NCBI RefSeq assembly: GCF_963921235.1
Contig: NC_086097.1
Span: forward strand, 13,392,001 to 13,456,000
From: Mobula hypostoma
Taxonomy: Eukaryota
Length of the DNA stretch: 64,000 nt
Direction: 5' to 3'
In this document: one piece after another, positions 1-11,065 of the stretch
Numbering within the stretch: the stretch's first letter is position 1
How the letters are laid out: each line of letters begins with the position of its first letter
Program-made: the position numbers and the translations under genes
The notes under the pieces: generated by a model
Told to the model about the DNA's origin: nothing
Databases searched by the model: none
Seen by the model: only the letters and a program-made list of their open reading frames with translations

Positions 1-124
1 CCTCCAGCTATCTCAAAATGTTATGGTGCAGGAAAAGATAGGGAGACTGTGTATAAAATTGTCCAATATGGATACAACTATGTACTTGAATTAAGTAAAA
101 TTTGAAAATACACCATATTCATCA

Positions 125-505
125 TCAGCATCATTATGTTCCGTGTCATGTGATGTGGGTAACCATGGTCCCCATAATCATGATTGTTCTTGGCAAGTTT
201 TTTTTTACAGACGTGGTTTGCCATTGCCTTTTGGTCAGTGTCTTTACAAGGCGGGTGACCCCAGCCTTTATCAATACTGTTTGGAGATTGTTTGCCTGGC
301 ATCAGTAGTCACATAACCAAGTTTTGTGATATGCACCAACTGCTCATATAACCACCCACCATCCTTTTCTATGGCTTCACGTGACCCTGATTGGGGAGGG
401 GGCTAAGCAGGTGCTACACCTCGTCCAAGAGTGACTTGCAGGCTCGTGGAGGGAAGGAGCACCTTACACTTCCTTTGGTGCAGATGTATCTCTACCCCAC
501 CACAC
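125..505 (-). mobile_element. Non-autonomous SINE-like repeat with RTE/BovB-type 3' tail
   Basis: Minus strand reads AAGGCAATGGCAAACCAC, a BovB/Sauria-type tail motif. Homologous copies at 27125-27520, 58265-58630 and a partial one at 15140-15285. Confidence 0.6.
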
Positions 506-599
506 AAACACCATGGATTATCTCTCTGAATTTCAACCTAGTGAAATTTACGATGAGCTTTGGGTCTTGATACTGCCAAATACTTCAACATGACTTAGA

Positions 600-768
600 T
601 TCCATAAGACATAGGAGCAGAATTAGGTAATTCAGACCACTGAGGCTACTCCACCGTTGCATCATGGCTGATCCTGGATCTCACTCAACTCCAGACACCT
701 GCCTTCTCATCATATCCTTTGATGCCCTGACCGATCAGGAAAATATCAACTTCTGCCTTAAATATACA
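600..768 (-). mobile_element. CR1 LINE 3' end, interrupted by an LTR (resumes about 1495-1570)
   Basis: Reverse complement of the CR1 3' UTR seen at 9200-9275, 17690-17800 and 27800-27900. Confidence 0.75.
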
Positions 769-1467
769 TCTAAAAGGGTTTTGTCTTTTATGTTACTGCA
801 TAGGCTAATTAAAATGGCTTCTTTGTTATGTTATATTTAAGAATGCTTCTTTGTTATGTTAAACGGTGAGAAAGTCCTTTCTGCTAGCAGTTTGTTTTGT
901 ATTATCTATTGATATGAGGACGAATGAACCAATTGGGATAGTTGTTATGGTTTTGGTGTATTTGAAAATACTGTATGTGCGGCGTTTTGAGGCAGAAGGC
1001 GGGAGAGAGAGACAGAGAGTGGACCAGGTGCTGTGAGTCCGCTAACGGGGTCGGCCCCTGAGGAGGGCGTTTGGCAAGGAGATGGAGACGGACTCATGTG
1101 GAGCGTCTGGTCAACCACCGTTGTTGGTCCCAGGCGGCTGGTCAATGTGGTCCGAGGGGTTGTAGGGTGAAGAAGAAGGGTCCCGTGCTCCAACTGTTTT
1201 GTGCACGAAGAGATTGAACTTTGATAAGTGTGGCGCCTTTTTATTTTCCTTTTATATTTTATTCTCTAGTAATTATATAGTTCCAGTAATATCTATAAAC
1301 TGTAAATCATTTAATCGTATCTGGTGTATTGTCTGTTATTTGGGCGGGGTGGGGTACATCACACAGCATCCACACAAACTAATTACCCAGTTTGCCGGGG
1401 CTGAGGGCTGTTTCCCTAGACGACAACGAGCCGAGCGACCCTGAGGGTGGCCAGCGGTGGGGCTACA
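769..1467 (+). mobile_element. 5' LTR of an LTR retrotransposon or endogenous retrovirus
   Basis: About 700 bp non-coding block interrupting a CR1. Starts TCTAAAAGGG (expected TG altered), ends GGGGCTACA, and is followed after 3 nt by a tRNA primer-binding site. Confidence 0.75.
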
Positions 1468-1470
1468 TTG

Positions 1471-1488
1471 TGGGGGCTCGTCCGGGAT
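1471..1488 (+). promoter_or_regulatory. Primer-binding site for tRNA-Pro
   Basis: TGGGGGCTCGTCCGGGAT is the 18-nt complement of the tRNA-Pro 3' end, identical to the classic MLV PBS. Confidence 0.9.
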
Positions 1489-1674
1489 TGGGTCTACTGG
1501 TTCTCTAGTTCTCAATACCCCCACCATAGGAAACATCCTCTCCACATGCACCCTATCTAGTCCTTTCATATACTGTATGTTACAGTGATACAATAGTATC
1601 ATCTACTGTACGTTACATAAAAATTGATAAGTTCACACTTTAAGGGTGAATTCTACTGTGAAGGCAAAACGAGG

Positions 1675-1895
1675 AAAGTTGGGCATGAGGCTAGCAACCC
1701 CACCCCAAAAAAATCCAGAGCTGCAGAAACACCAACCGAAGCCCTAAAGACCTCATCCCTTGGAGAAGAAAAGTCTTCAAAGATGGGTTACACTTAGGGA
1801 TAACTTGAAAGACTGGCCCAGGGTAGGAGTCTCTGGTGAGCTGCTGTTGGCAGCCTATGCCCCCGTAGGGGGGATGGGCTTAAGAAGAAGATGAC
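1675..1895 (+). mobile_element. RTE-derived non-autonomous fragment
   Basis: GGGCATGAGGCTAGCAACC 5'-UTR-like motif joined to an RTE-like 3' end with an (AAG)n tail. Confidence 0.45.
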
Positions 1896-1904
1896 TTTAA
1901 GACT

Positions 1905-2135
1905 GGCACAGTCACATTGGGGTTAGTGTAACGTTATTATAACCCTAATAAATCAGGTTCATTTCTGCTGTTATCTGTATGGAGTTTGTACATCCTTCCC
2001 ATGACTGCATGGATTTCTTCTGGGTACTCTGATTTTCTCCAATGTGCCAAAGATGAACGAGTTAGTAGGTTATTTGATCACATGGGTGTAGCTGGGCGGT
2101 ATGCCTCATTGGGCCAGAAGAGCCTGTTACAAAAT
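1905..2135 (+). mobile_element. tRNA-derived V-SINE-like element
   Basis: Degenerate V-domain GGAGTTTGTACATCCTTCCCATGACTGCATGGATTTCTTCTGGGTACTCTG. Related copies at 12985, 41470, 57860 and 62905. Confidence 0.65.
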
Positions 2136-2234
2136 TAATAACTTCAACAAAGCATGCCCAAGATCCAAGAGAACATTTACTCTCTGATTATTAGCTGAGC
2201 TGCAGCTAATTTATTTTCTCCCTGTTAACCCTTA

Positions 2235-2770
2235 CCAATTTTGATCAATGCACCATAGAAAGTATTCTGTCTGGATACATTATGTTTAGGTATGGCAACT
2301 GTTCTGCATGTGACCACAACTAACTGTAGAGAGTTGCAGACATAGGTCAGCACACCATGGAAACCAGCCTCCTCTCTATCTACAACTCTGGCTGCCTCAG
2401 TAAAGCAGCCAGCATAATCAAAGACCCCACTCATCCTGGATATTCTCTCTTCAATCCCTCTCCCATCGGGCAAAAGATACAAAAACCTAAAAGCATTTAC
2501 CACCCGACTCAAGAGCAGCTTCTACCCCACTGTTATCAGACTCTTGAATGGACTAGCTGTACAATAAGCTGGATCTCATAATTCACCTCATTATGATCTT
2601 GTACTTTATTGTCTACCCGGACTGCAATTTTTTGGTAGCTATTCTGCATCGTGATTATTTTACCTTATTCTAGCTCAGTAAACTATGTAATGTTTTGATC
2701 AATATAAGCAGAATGCAAGACAGGCTTTTTGCTGTATCTTGGTACATATGACAATAACAAACTGATATCG
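2235..2770 (+). mobile_element. Rex1/Babar-like LINE 3' fragment
   Basis: ORF 2357-2581 contains KAASIIKDPTHPGYSLF, a typical C-terminal motif of this clade, followed by the 3' UTR. Confidence 0.7.
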
Positions 2771-2820
2771 ACACCAATAACAGGTTTTTTTTGGTATAAC
2801 ACATGTTGCTGTTACACACA

Positions 2821-3092
2821 AACACGAGGAAATCTGAAGATGCTGGAATTTCAAGCAACACACATAAAAGTTGCTGGTGAACGCAGCAGGCCAGGCAGCA
2901 TCTCTAGGAAGAGGTATAGACGATGTTTCAGGCTGAGACCCTTCATCAGGACTAACTGAAAAAAGAGATAGTAAGAGATTTGGAAGTTGGGGGGGGAGAT
3001 CCGAAAAGATGGGAGAAGACAGGAGGGGGAGGAATGGAGGCTAAGAGCTGGAAAGTTGATTGGCAAAAGGGATACAAGGCTGGAGAAGGAGA
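2821..3092 (-). mobile_element. PLE 3' tail fragment with degenerate hammerhead
   Basis: Closely similar to 33212-33440. Hammerhead core at about 2917-2955. Confidence 0.8.
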
Positions 3093-3388
3093 TGAGTTAT
3101 TAACTTCAAACTTTCTGCATAACCACTCAAAGAGTTGAACTGCACATGCATGTAACGAGAGCTGCATAACTCATCTCCTTCTACCTTAGGCCACAAACTT
3201 ATCAATCATCCCAGCTGTTGACGACTTTCTGGAGGTCCAAGATGCTGACTTCTACAAAGAAGAGATCAGTATGCTCCATGACCGCTGGACGAAGTGTGTA
3301 AATGTAGGAGGGGACTATGTTGAAAAATAGGTTTTCTAAAATCGACTCCTTCAACCTTAGGCCACGAACTTATCAATCACCCCTCGTA
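3093..3388 (+). mobile_element. Mariner relic (transposase C-terminus plus TIR)
   Basis: Encodes DFYKEEISMLHDRWTKCVNVGGDYVEK*. Ends CCTTAGGCCACGAACTTATCAATCACCCCTCG followed by TA. A second TIR-like copy lies at about 3184-3212. Confidence 0.8.
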
Positions 3389-3479
3389 GGTCGGAACAAC
3401 GATCATGAGATGACCAGCGAAGTCTGGCAGATGTACAATTATAACTTGGCATGCAGAACTTGAATACGACTTCTGTAAA

Positions 3480-3990
3480 GATATCAGAGTTGTCCAGGGA
3501 AACACCAGTCCAAAATCAAGTCTGAGACAAGCCATCAGTTGTGGAAGGGCTCACATGCTATGCCGGGCCACAAATGAAGTTGGGCAGCATTGCGGACAAC
3601 AGCACATCCTTTCCCAGGGAGCTTAATGCATGTTTTGAACAGCGAGAGATTGAAATGTCGCCACCCTCTCTTACTGCCTCCAATGCATCTGAACCCACAG
3701 TCACCGTTGCAGATGTAAGATCAGTCTTCCAGAGAGTGAAGCTACGAAAAGCACATGCCCTTAGATCCTGTACAGATTTGAGGCAGGGGTATTTGCAGAC
3801 ATTTTAACCTCTCACTATTTCGTACTATCATTTCCACCTGCTTTAAAAAGCCACAGTCATCTCAGTACCAAAGAAAAATAAGGTAACATCCCTCTATGTC
3901 TACTGCCCCATGGTTCTGACGTCCACCATCATGAAGTACTGGTAGGCTGGTAAAGACACACATTAACTCCAGTCTCCCAAACAATCATAG
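3480..3990 (+). mobile_element. Degraded Rex1/Babar-like ORF2 fragment (region upstream of RT)
   Basis: ELNACF..VTVADVRSVFQRVK and a decayed VPKK..YCPMVLTSTIMK, homologous to the start of ORF 19164. Confidence 0.6.
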
Positions 3991-4399
3991 AGCTGCAGAT
4001 TTGAGGTTTACAAAATTCAGATACCCTTCAGCAAGGGAAATCAGCTATCCTTACCATGTTGGGTCAAATTATAACTTTTACTTGTCCTGACCTCCTGACT
4101 AGCTAGCTGTTTGGTTCATTGAGTCAATACTCAGAGCTGTCCTTGTCAGTAATTTCCTATTGTTCAGCTGACTTTCTTGGACCCTTTACTCCTGTAGGCT
4201 CAGAACCTAATGTTTTCAGTGCCCACTGCACCATGGATATATGGTGAAACCACTTGGAGGGGGGTCAACTAGCAATTGTTCATCTTTAGTTTCCCTTGAG
4301 AAAGTGGGCTGGTAGTTGTGTGTGGATTAATCTATCTGCTGTAACATTCATAAACCACTTAACAGGCCCATGACAAAATTGAAACACATTGCACGCAAG

Positions 4400-5450
4400 G
4401 GACATCGATATGGCGTTGGTACAGTCACCAACAAAGATGAGGTGACCTACAGAGAGGAAGTGGAAGAGCTTAGGCCTGCTGTCAGGGAAATGAACTCTTC
4501 CTCAATGTCAACAAGACAAATGAGATGGTTAATGGCTTCTGGAGAACTGGTACCACTCACACCCCTCTTTGCATCAGCAGCACGGTGGTGGAAACCAGGA
4601 GCAGCTCCAAACTCCTGGGACTGCACATCTTGCACAACCTCTCATGGTCTGAGAGCACATTCTACACATCAAGAAAACTCTGCTTTCTGAGGAGGCTTGC
4701 GAGAGCTGGGCTATGCATATCAATGCTTACTTCCTTCTACAGATACAATGGAGGAATCCTAACATACCACGTCACTGCATGGTGCGGAAACTGCACTGTG
4801 GCCGACAGGAATACTCTACAAAGGATAGTCAAGCCTGCTGAAAGCATCCCCAGCACCAGCCTATCCACCATTAAGGACATATATACAGAAAGGTGTGGGG
4901 AAAATGCCAGTAACATCATGAAGGATCCCACCCACCCTGCACATGAACTGTTAGTCCCACTTCCAACAGGAGGAGGCTACGTAGTGTCCACACCAGGATC
5001 ACCAGACTCAAAGACGGTTACTTTTCACAAACCTCCACCCACTGATCACCCTCTAAAACCCCACCGCCACTACCTTATCATTACCTGTCAGTTACCCTAT
5101 GAAAAGACACTCCTGTGCCTAATGTCACTTTATGAACATACAATTAATCTATATGTATAAGCTGTCACGAGGAAATCTGCAGATGCTGGAATTTCAAGCA
5201 ACACATATAAAAATTGCTGGTGAATGCAGCAGGCCAGGCAGCATCTATAGGAAGAGGTACAGTCGACGTTTCGGGCCGAGACCCAGCTGTCATATGTATT
5301 TACTGTACATTAATTTTTGTTATTATTGCATTCATTGTGGGGGTTTTTTTTGTACTGCATTGGATCCGGACTAACAATTATTTTGTTCTCCTTTACACTT
5401 GTATACTGGGAATGACATTAGGCAATCCTGAAACTTGGAACCTTGAATGA
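4400..5450 (+). mobile_element. Rex1/Babar-like LINE 3' part
   Basis: ORF 4525-5160 has KLLGLHI..LSW, FLRRL, ILTYHVTAWCGN and IMKDPTHPAHEL. The 3' UTR is interrupted at 5168-5284. Confidence 0.75.
5168..5284 (-). mobile_element. Very short PLE tail insertion with 8-bp TSD
   Basis: AGCTGTCA at 5160-5167 and 5285-5292. The insert matches the PLE 3' terminus and is truncated inside hammerhead stem II. Confidence 0.8.
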
Positions 5451-5662
5451 GGAGCTATGGTAAATAATTGCTTCTTGTACAGGAAAGAAGTGGACAGAAG
5501 TGTTCCCCAGCAATGGTGTCCAAGGATCAAAGTTGGTGACAATAGATTTAATGAAATGTTAATGCAGAACACCAGACTGAACTGTTATAAATCACTGGTG
5601 TAACCTCAAGCAGAGAACTGTCTTCAGTTTCAGTCGCTGCTTTGTAAGAAGGATGTGAGGAT

Positions 5663-6521
5663 CACTGTCCCCTCTAAGCTCATGGCTGCACAGCGGCGCA
5701 GTAACTGCATTGCTCCCATGCACATAGCCTTTGCTGCCATGCAGCTGAAAATATTTTTCAGTCAGAAATCAGTCCTGATGAAGGGTCTCAGCTTGGAACA
5801 TTGACTGTTTATTCCCATACATAGATGCTGCCTGGCCTGCTGAGCTCCTCCAGCACTTTATGTGTATCACTCTAGATTTCCAGCATCTGCAATACCGTTT
5901 GTGTCCATGGAATTTCCTTTCATACAAGATGAAAGCGTTTACCTCAAAAATATCACAGCAATACTATGATTTCAAATTTATCATTTCTGAGAAAGTTAAA
6001 ACTGGTTCAACTAAGACGTTTTCTGATATGTTGAACTACGTGCTTAGAAATTAAGAATTCGAAGAACTGTCAATTCTTGTTGACATTGTTGGAATATTTC
6101 AAGTTTCTAGTGCTGACTGTGAACATGGATTCAGTCTTTTGAATTCAATCAAATGTAAATCGAGAAACAGACCAGAAGTGGAACATTTTGTTGATCTAAT
6201 GAGGATTAAGATGCATCTTTCACCTGGAGGTGAAATTATTCTGGACAGTGCTTATAGACAATGGATTTGTAATAAAGAAAGCTGAAAAAAAGTTTACAAA
6301 ATGTGGAAGGTTTTTTTGCTGTACTGTATTTCATTATACCCTACAATTAATAAATAAAATCAAAAGTATATGATTTTTCAATATTCATTCTAAATATTCA
6401 TAATATGCATATTACAAAAATAACATTTAAAGTGCCACGTATTTTTCAGTTGGTGAAAGTATTTCCTGCTCAGAACAATGGTTGATCCATGCAACTGTAC
6501 AAATAATTAGAGGGATCACTG
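5663..6521 (+). mobile_element. Non-autonomous hAT transposon
   Basis: TIRs CACTGTCCCCTCTAA and TTAGAGGGATCACTG. 8-bp TSD GTGAGGAT/GTGAAGAT. Internal hAT dimerisation-domain remnant VSSADCEHGFSLLNSIKCKSRNR at about 6100-6172. Confidence 0.85.
5769..5905 (+). mobile_element. PLE-derived short repeat nested in the hAT element
   Basis: CAGTCCTGATGAAGGGTCTCAGCTTGGAACATTGACTG followed by ATAGATGCTGCCTGGCCTGCTGAG...TTCCAGCATCTGCA. Confidence 0.75.
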
Positions 6522-6574
6522 GTGAAGATGTTGGAGAAGGTCCAACATTCCACCTGAAAGAATGCTCTCTGAAA

Positions 6575-7760
6575 GTAGTTGCACAGATTGATAGAGTGTA
6601 GATGAAGGTGTATGGTAAGCTGGCCTTTATTAGTTGAGGTGTTGAGTTCAAGAGTCAGGGAGTTATGTTACAGCTTTATAAAACTCCATTCAGGCTGCAT
6701 TCTTCAACACCCTTTAACATCTGCTGGACGATACTGAGGATGTTCTACGAGTCTGTGGTGGCCAGTGCGATCATATTTGCTGTTGTGTGCTGGGGCAGCA
6801 GGCTGAGGGTAGCAGACACCAACAGAATCAACAAACTCATTCGTAAGGCCAGTGATGTTGTGGGGATGGAACTGGACTCTCTGACGGTGGTGTCTGAAAA
6901 GAGGATGCTGTCCAAGTTGCATGCCATCTTGGACAATGTCTCCCATCCACTACATAATGTACTGGGTGGGCACAGGAGTACATTCAGCCAGAGACTCATT
7001 CCACCGAGACGCAACACAGAGCATCATAGGAAGTCATTCCTGCCTGTGGCCATCAAACTTTACAACTCCTCCCTTGGAGGGTCAGACACCCTGAGCCAAT
7101 AGGCTGGTCCTGGACTTATTTCCTGGCACAATTTACATATTACTATTTAACTATTTATGGTTTTATTACTATTTAATTATTCATGGTTCAACTGTAATGA
7201 AAACCAATTTCCCCCGGGATCAATAAAGTATGACTATGACTATGATTCAGTTCTGGTCACCCCATTATAGGAAGTTGTGGAGGCTTTGAAGAGGATGCAG
7301 AAGAGCTTTAGCAGTTTGCTGCCTAGATTAGAGGGCAGGTGCTCTATGGGGAGTTTAGGTAAACTTAGATTATATTCTCTGGAATGGTAGAAGCTGAGGG
7401 AGACCTGACAGAACTCTATATACTATGAGAGACACAGAGTGCTAGTATCTTTTTTCCCAGGGTCAAAATGTATAAAATTAGAGGGTGAGAGAGGGCAAGT
7501 TCAAAGGTGATGTGCAGGGCAAGTTTATCATCCAGTCACTGGTGGGTGCCTGGAATGCACTGTCTTGGATGGTAGTGGAGGCTAATATGAGAGAGATGTT
7601 TAAGAGACTCTTAGATAGGTGTGGAGAATAGAAAGTTATGATTATAATGTAGGAAGAAGGGATTAGTTTAATTAGTTAGATATTTAAATACTAGCTTCAT
7701 TAATTGAGCATAATATCATGGTCCAAAGGGCCTGTTTCTTTACTGCACGGTACTATGTCT
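6575..7760 (+). mobile_element. CR1 LINE 3' fragment interrupted by Rex1
   Basis: IEFKSQGVMLQLYK-like sequence before 6700 continues with QFWSPHYRK after 7245 and ends in a CR1 3' UTR. Confidence 0.7.
6710..7245 (+). mobile_element. Rex1-type LINE, 5'-truncated young copy
   Basis: Near-identical to 19978-20527. AATAAA followed by a (TATGAC)n tail. Confidence 0.9.
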
Positions 7761-8157
7761 TATTTTGGATGTTGAGAAAGATTTCTAAGACAAGGCATTG
7801 TAGTTACAATGATGAATTGGGGAAGCCATGCTTGTTTTATTTAACAAAGAGAAAACTGGGAGAAGCTTTCACTGAAGTGATTGGGAATCTGGGCAGTGCG
7901 CATGGTGGGAGGCAGTTCCCATTGGTAATTTATAATGTATTTGAGGACATTTCCATTTTTTTGCAGAGAATGTGACTGGAACCTTTGGAACCTTGGATAA
8001 ATGTTGGAGAAAAATTTACGCAACATCTTAAGGAGAGCTGAAGGTGAAATTAGAGAGTTGCTCTGGTAGAGATCTGGCATGAACACTATGGACTAAGAGC
8101 GTTACTCCTGTGCTATGATCATCTGTATTTCTCCGATATTAGTCACTGTTAGCATGA

Positions 8158-8480
8158 TCAACACACAAAATGCTGGAGGAACTCAGCAGATCAGACAGCG
8201 TCTATGAAAATGAATAAACAGTCAATATTTTGGGCTGTAACCCTTCATCAGGACTGGAAAGGAAGGGGGAAGATTTGGAAGAAAAAGGTTGTGGGGTAGA
8301 GAGGGAAAGGAGGATGAGCATTAAGGTGATAAGTCAAGTCAGGTGGGTAGAGAAGATAAAGGACTGGAAAAGAAGGCATCTAATAGGAGAAGAGAATGGA
8401 CCATGGGAGTAAGGGAAGAAGGAGAGGCACCGGGAGGGAGGGGGGGTGATAGGCAGGTGAGGAGAAAAGGTAAGAGGCCA
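8158..8480 (-). mobile_element. Older PLE-derived tail repeat
   Basis: ACACACAAAATGCTGGAGGAACTCAGCAG...CCCTTCATCAGGACTG followed by a purine-rich tract. Decayed hammerhead at about 8219-8256. Confidence 0.7.
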
Positions 8481-8849
8481 GGGTGAGAAATGGAGTGGAG
8501 AACTGTCGGTATGAATAATCTGATAAGGAGGAGTTTACACCATAATCACGAATATCTCTGTGAATTAGATTAATAGTGTGAATAAATAGTTGATATTGGT
8601 TCTCTAGATCGCTATCAGATTAGCAGATTAAATGTTGTTTACTGATATAAAAACAGATCATGTTAAATACACTCAGCAGATAGGCAGCATTTGTGGACAG
8701 AAAAACGTTAACAGATTAACGACTTTTCATCAGACCTGGGAAAAGTCACAAATAATTTTAAAGTTGCACAGACAAAGGGGAGGGACAGATGGAACGAAAG
8801 CGAAGGCCTTCTTCAGCTGGTAAGATTGGAGAGTTTGGGAAGTGCTGTC

Positions 8850-9275
8850 AAAGGAATTCAGGAATGAAATGGTTAATGTATGAGGAGAGATTGATGACTG
8901 TATTCACTGGAATTCAGAAGAATAAGTGGATATATCACTGAAACATATCGAATATTGAAATCCCTAGTTAGAGTGGATGTGGAGAGGATGTTTCTAGTTG
9001 CCTAGGACCAAAGGGAATAGACTTGGAATAGAAGGACATCACTTTAGAACAGAGATGGCGAGGAATATTTTTAGCCAGAGACTGGTTAATCTGTGGAACT
9101 CATTGCCACAGATGGCTGTGGAGTCTAAGTCTTTGGGCATTTTTAAAGTGGAGGTTGATAGTTTCTTGATTAGTAAAGGCATCAAAGGTTACAGGGAGAA
9201 GGCTGGAAAATGGGGTTGAGAGGGATAATAAATCAGCCATGATGGAATGGCAGAGAGGACTAAATGGGCCAAAGT
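8850..9275 (+). mobile_element. CR1 LINE 3' end
   Basis: ORF 8998-9219 contains FFSQRLVNLWNSLP-type C-terminal sequence. Confidence 0.8.
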
Positions 9276-9384
9276 GGAAAGTGGATTGGGAAAACCAGGT
9301 CTGGACCTCAAGAGTGAGAATTTGTAGAATGTCTAAGGGATGGCTTTTTAGAACAGCTTGTTGTTGAGCCCACAAGGGGATTAT

Positions 9385-11065
9385 TGTGCTCGGTTGGGTG
9401 TTGTGCAATGATCCGGAGATGATAAGAGAGCTTAAGGTTAAGGTACCCTTAGGGAACAGTGATCACAATATGAACAAGTTCACATTGAAATTTGAGAGGG
9501 AAGAAATAAAATCCAATATGTTGGTATTTCAGTGGAATAGATGAAATTACAATGAAATGAGAGGGGAACGAACTGAAGCAGGCTGGAAAGGGACATTTTC
9601 AGGAAAGAAAGCAAAGCAGCAATGGCTGGAGTTTCTGTGAAAACTGAAGGAAGTGCAACTCAGATATATTCCAAATAAGAAGAAATTTTTCACAGGGAAG
9701 AAGGACATTACCATGGCTGACAAGTGAAGTCAGAGATAAGTAAAAGCAAAAGAGAGGGCATACAAGGAAGCCAAAGCTAGTGGGAAGATAGAGGATTGGG
9801 GAGCTTTTAAAAACTTGGAGAAGGAAACTAAGAAGGTAATTTCGAAGGAAAAGATGAATTATGAGAGGAAGCTGGCGACTAATATCAAAGAAGATACGAA
9901 AAGCTTTTTTAAGTATATAAAGGGTAAAAGAGAGTCGAGGGTAGACATAGGACCAATACAAAATGACGCTGGAGATATTGTAATGAGCAATGCAGAGATG
10001 ACAGAGGTATTTTGCATCTGTTTTCACAGTGGAAGACGTTTGCAGTATACTGGACATTCAGGGGTGTCAGGGAAGTGAAGTTTGTGCAGTGAAAATTACG
10101 ACTGAGAAGGTGCTCTGAAAGTTTAATGGTCTGAGGGTGGATAAATCTCCTGGACCTGATGGAATGCACCCTCAAGCTCTGAAGGAATTAGCTGGAGAGA
10201 TTGCGGAGGCATTAACGATGATCTTTCAAGAATCGATAGATTCTGGCATTGTACCGGATGATTGGAAAATTGCAAATGTTACTCCGCTACATAATGAGGC
10301 AGCAGAAGGGAGACTAAAGACCTGTTAGCCTGACATCAGTAAGTTGTTGGAATCGATGGTTAGGAATGAAAATACGGAGTACCTGGAGACACATGAGAAG
10401 ATAGGCCAAAGTCAGCATGGTTTCCTGAAAGGAAAACCCTGCTTAACAAACCTACTACAATTCTTTGAGGAGATTACAAGCAGGGTAGACAAAGGAGATG
10501 TAGTAGACGTGGTGTACTTGGATTTTCAGAAGGCCTTTGACAAGGTGCCGCACTTGAGGCTGCTTAGCAAGATAAGAGCCCATGAAATGGCAGGGAAGTT
10601 ACTAGTGTGGTTGGAGCATTGGCTGGTCGGCAGAAAACAGAGAGTGGGAATAAAGGGATCCTATTCTGGCTGGCTGCTGGTTACCAGTGGAGTTCCACAG
10701 GGGTTGGAGTTGGGACCACTGCTTGTTACAATGCATGTCAATGATTTGGACTATGGGATTAATGGATTGTGGCTAAATTTTCCAATGATACAAAGATAGG
10801 TGGAGAGGACTTATTTAGATGGGGAGAAAATTTAAAATGCAGAGATGCAAAGGGACTTGGGAGTCCTTGTACAGGATACCCTAAAGGTTAATCTCCAGGT
10901 TGAGTCAGTGGTGAAGAAGGCGAATGTAATATTGGCATTCATTTCTAGAGGTAAGAATATAAGAGCAGGGATGTGAAGTCGAGGCTGTATATGGCACTTG
11001 TGAGAACACACTTGGAGTATTGTGTGCAGTTTTGGGCTCCTTATTTTAGAAAGGATATACTGAAA
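9385..11065 (+). pseudogene. CR1 ORF2 fragment (endonuclease end, linker, RT N-terminal half), disrupted
   Basis: KSPGPDGMHP, SQHGFLKGKPCLTNLL, VYLDFQKAFDKVPH and SGVPQG, with stops, frameshifts and an internal deletion near 10810. Confidence 0.9.

Noticed and set aside
1471..1488. tRNA-Pro gene on the minus strand
   Set aside because: Only the 3'-terminal 18 nt including CCA match, right after an LTR end, so it is a primer-binding site.
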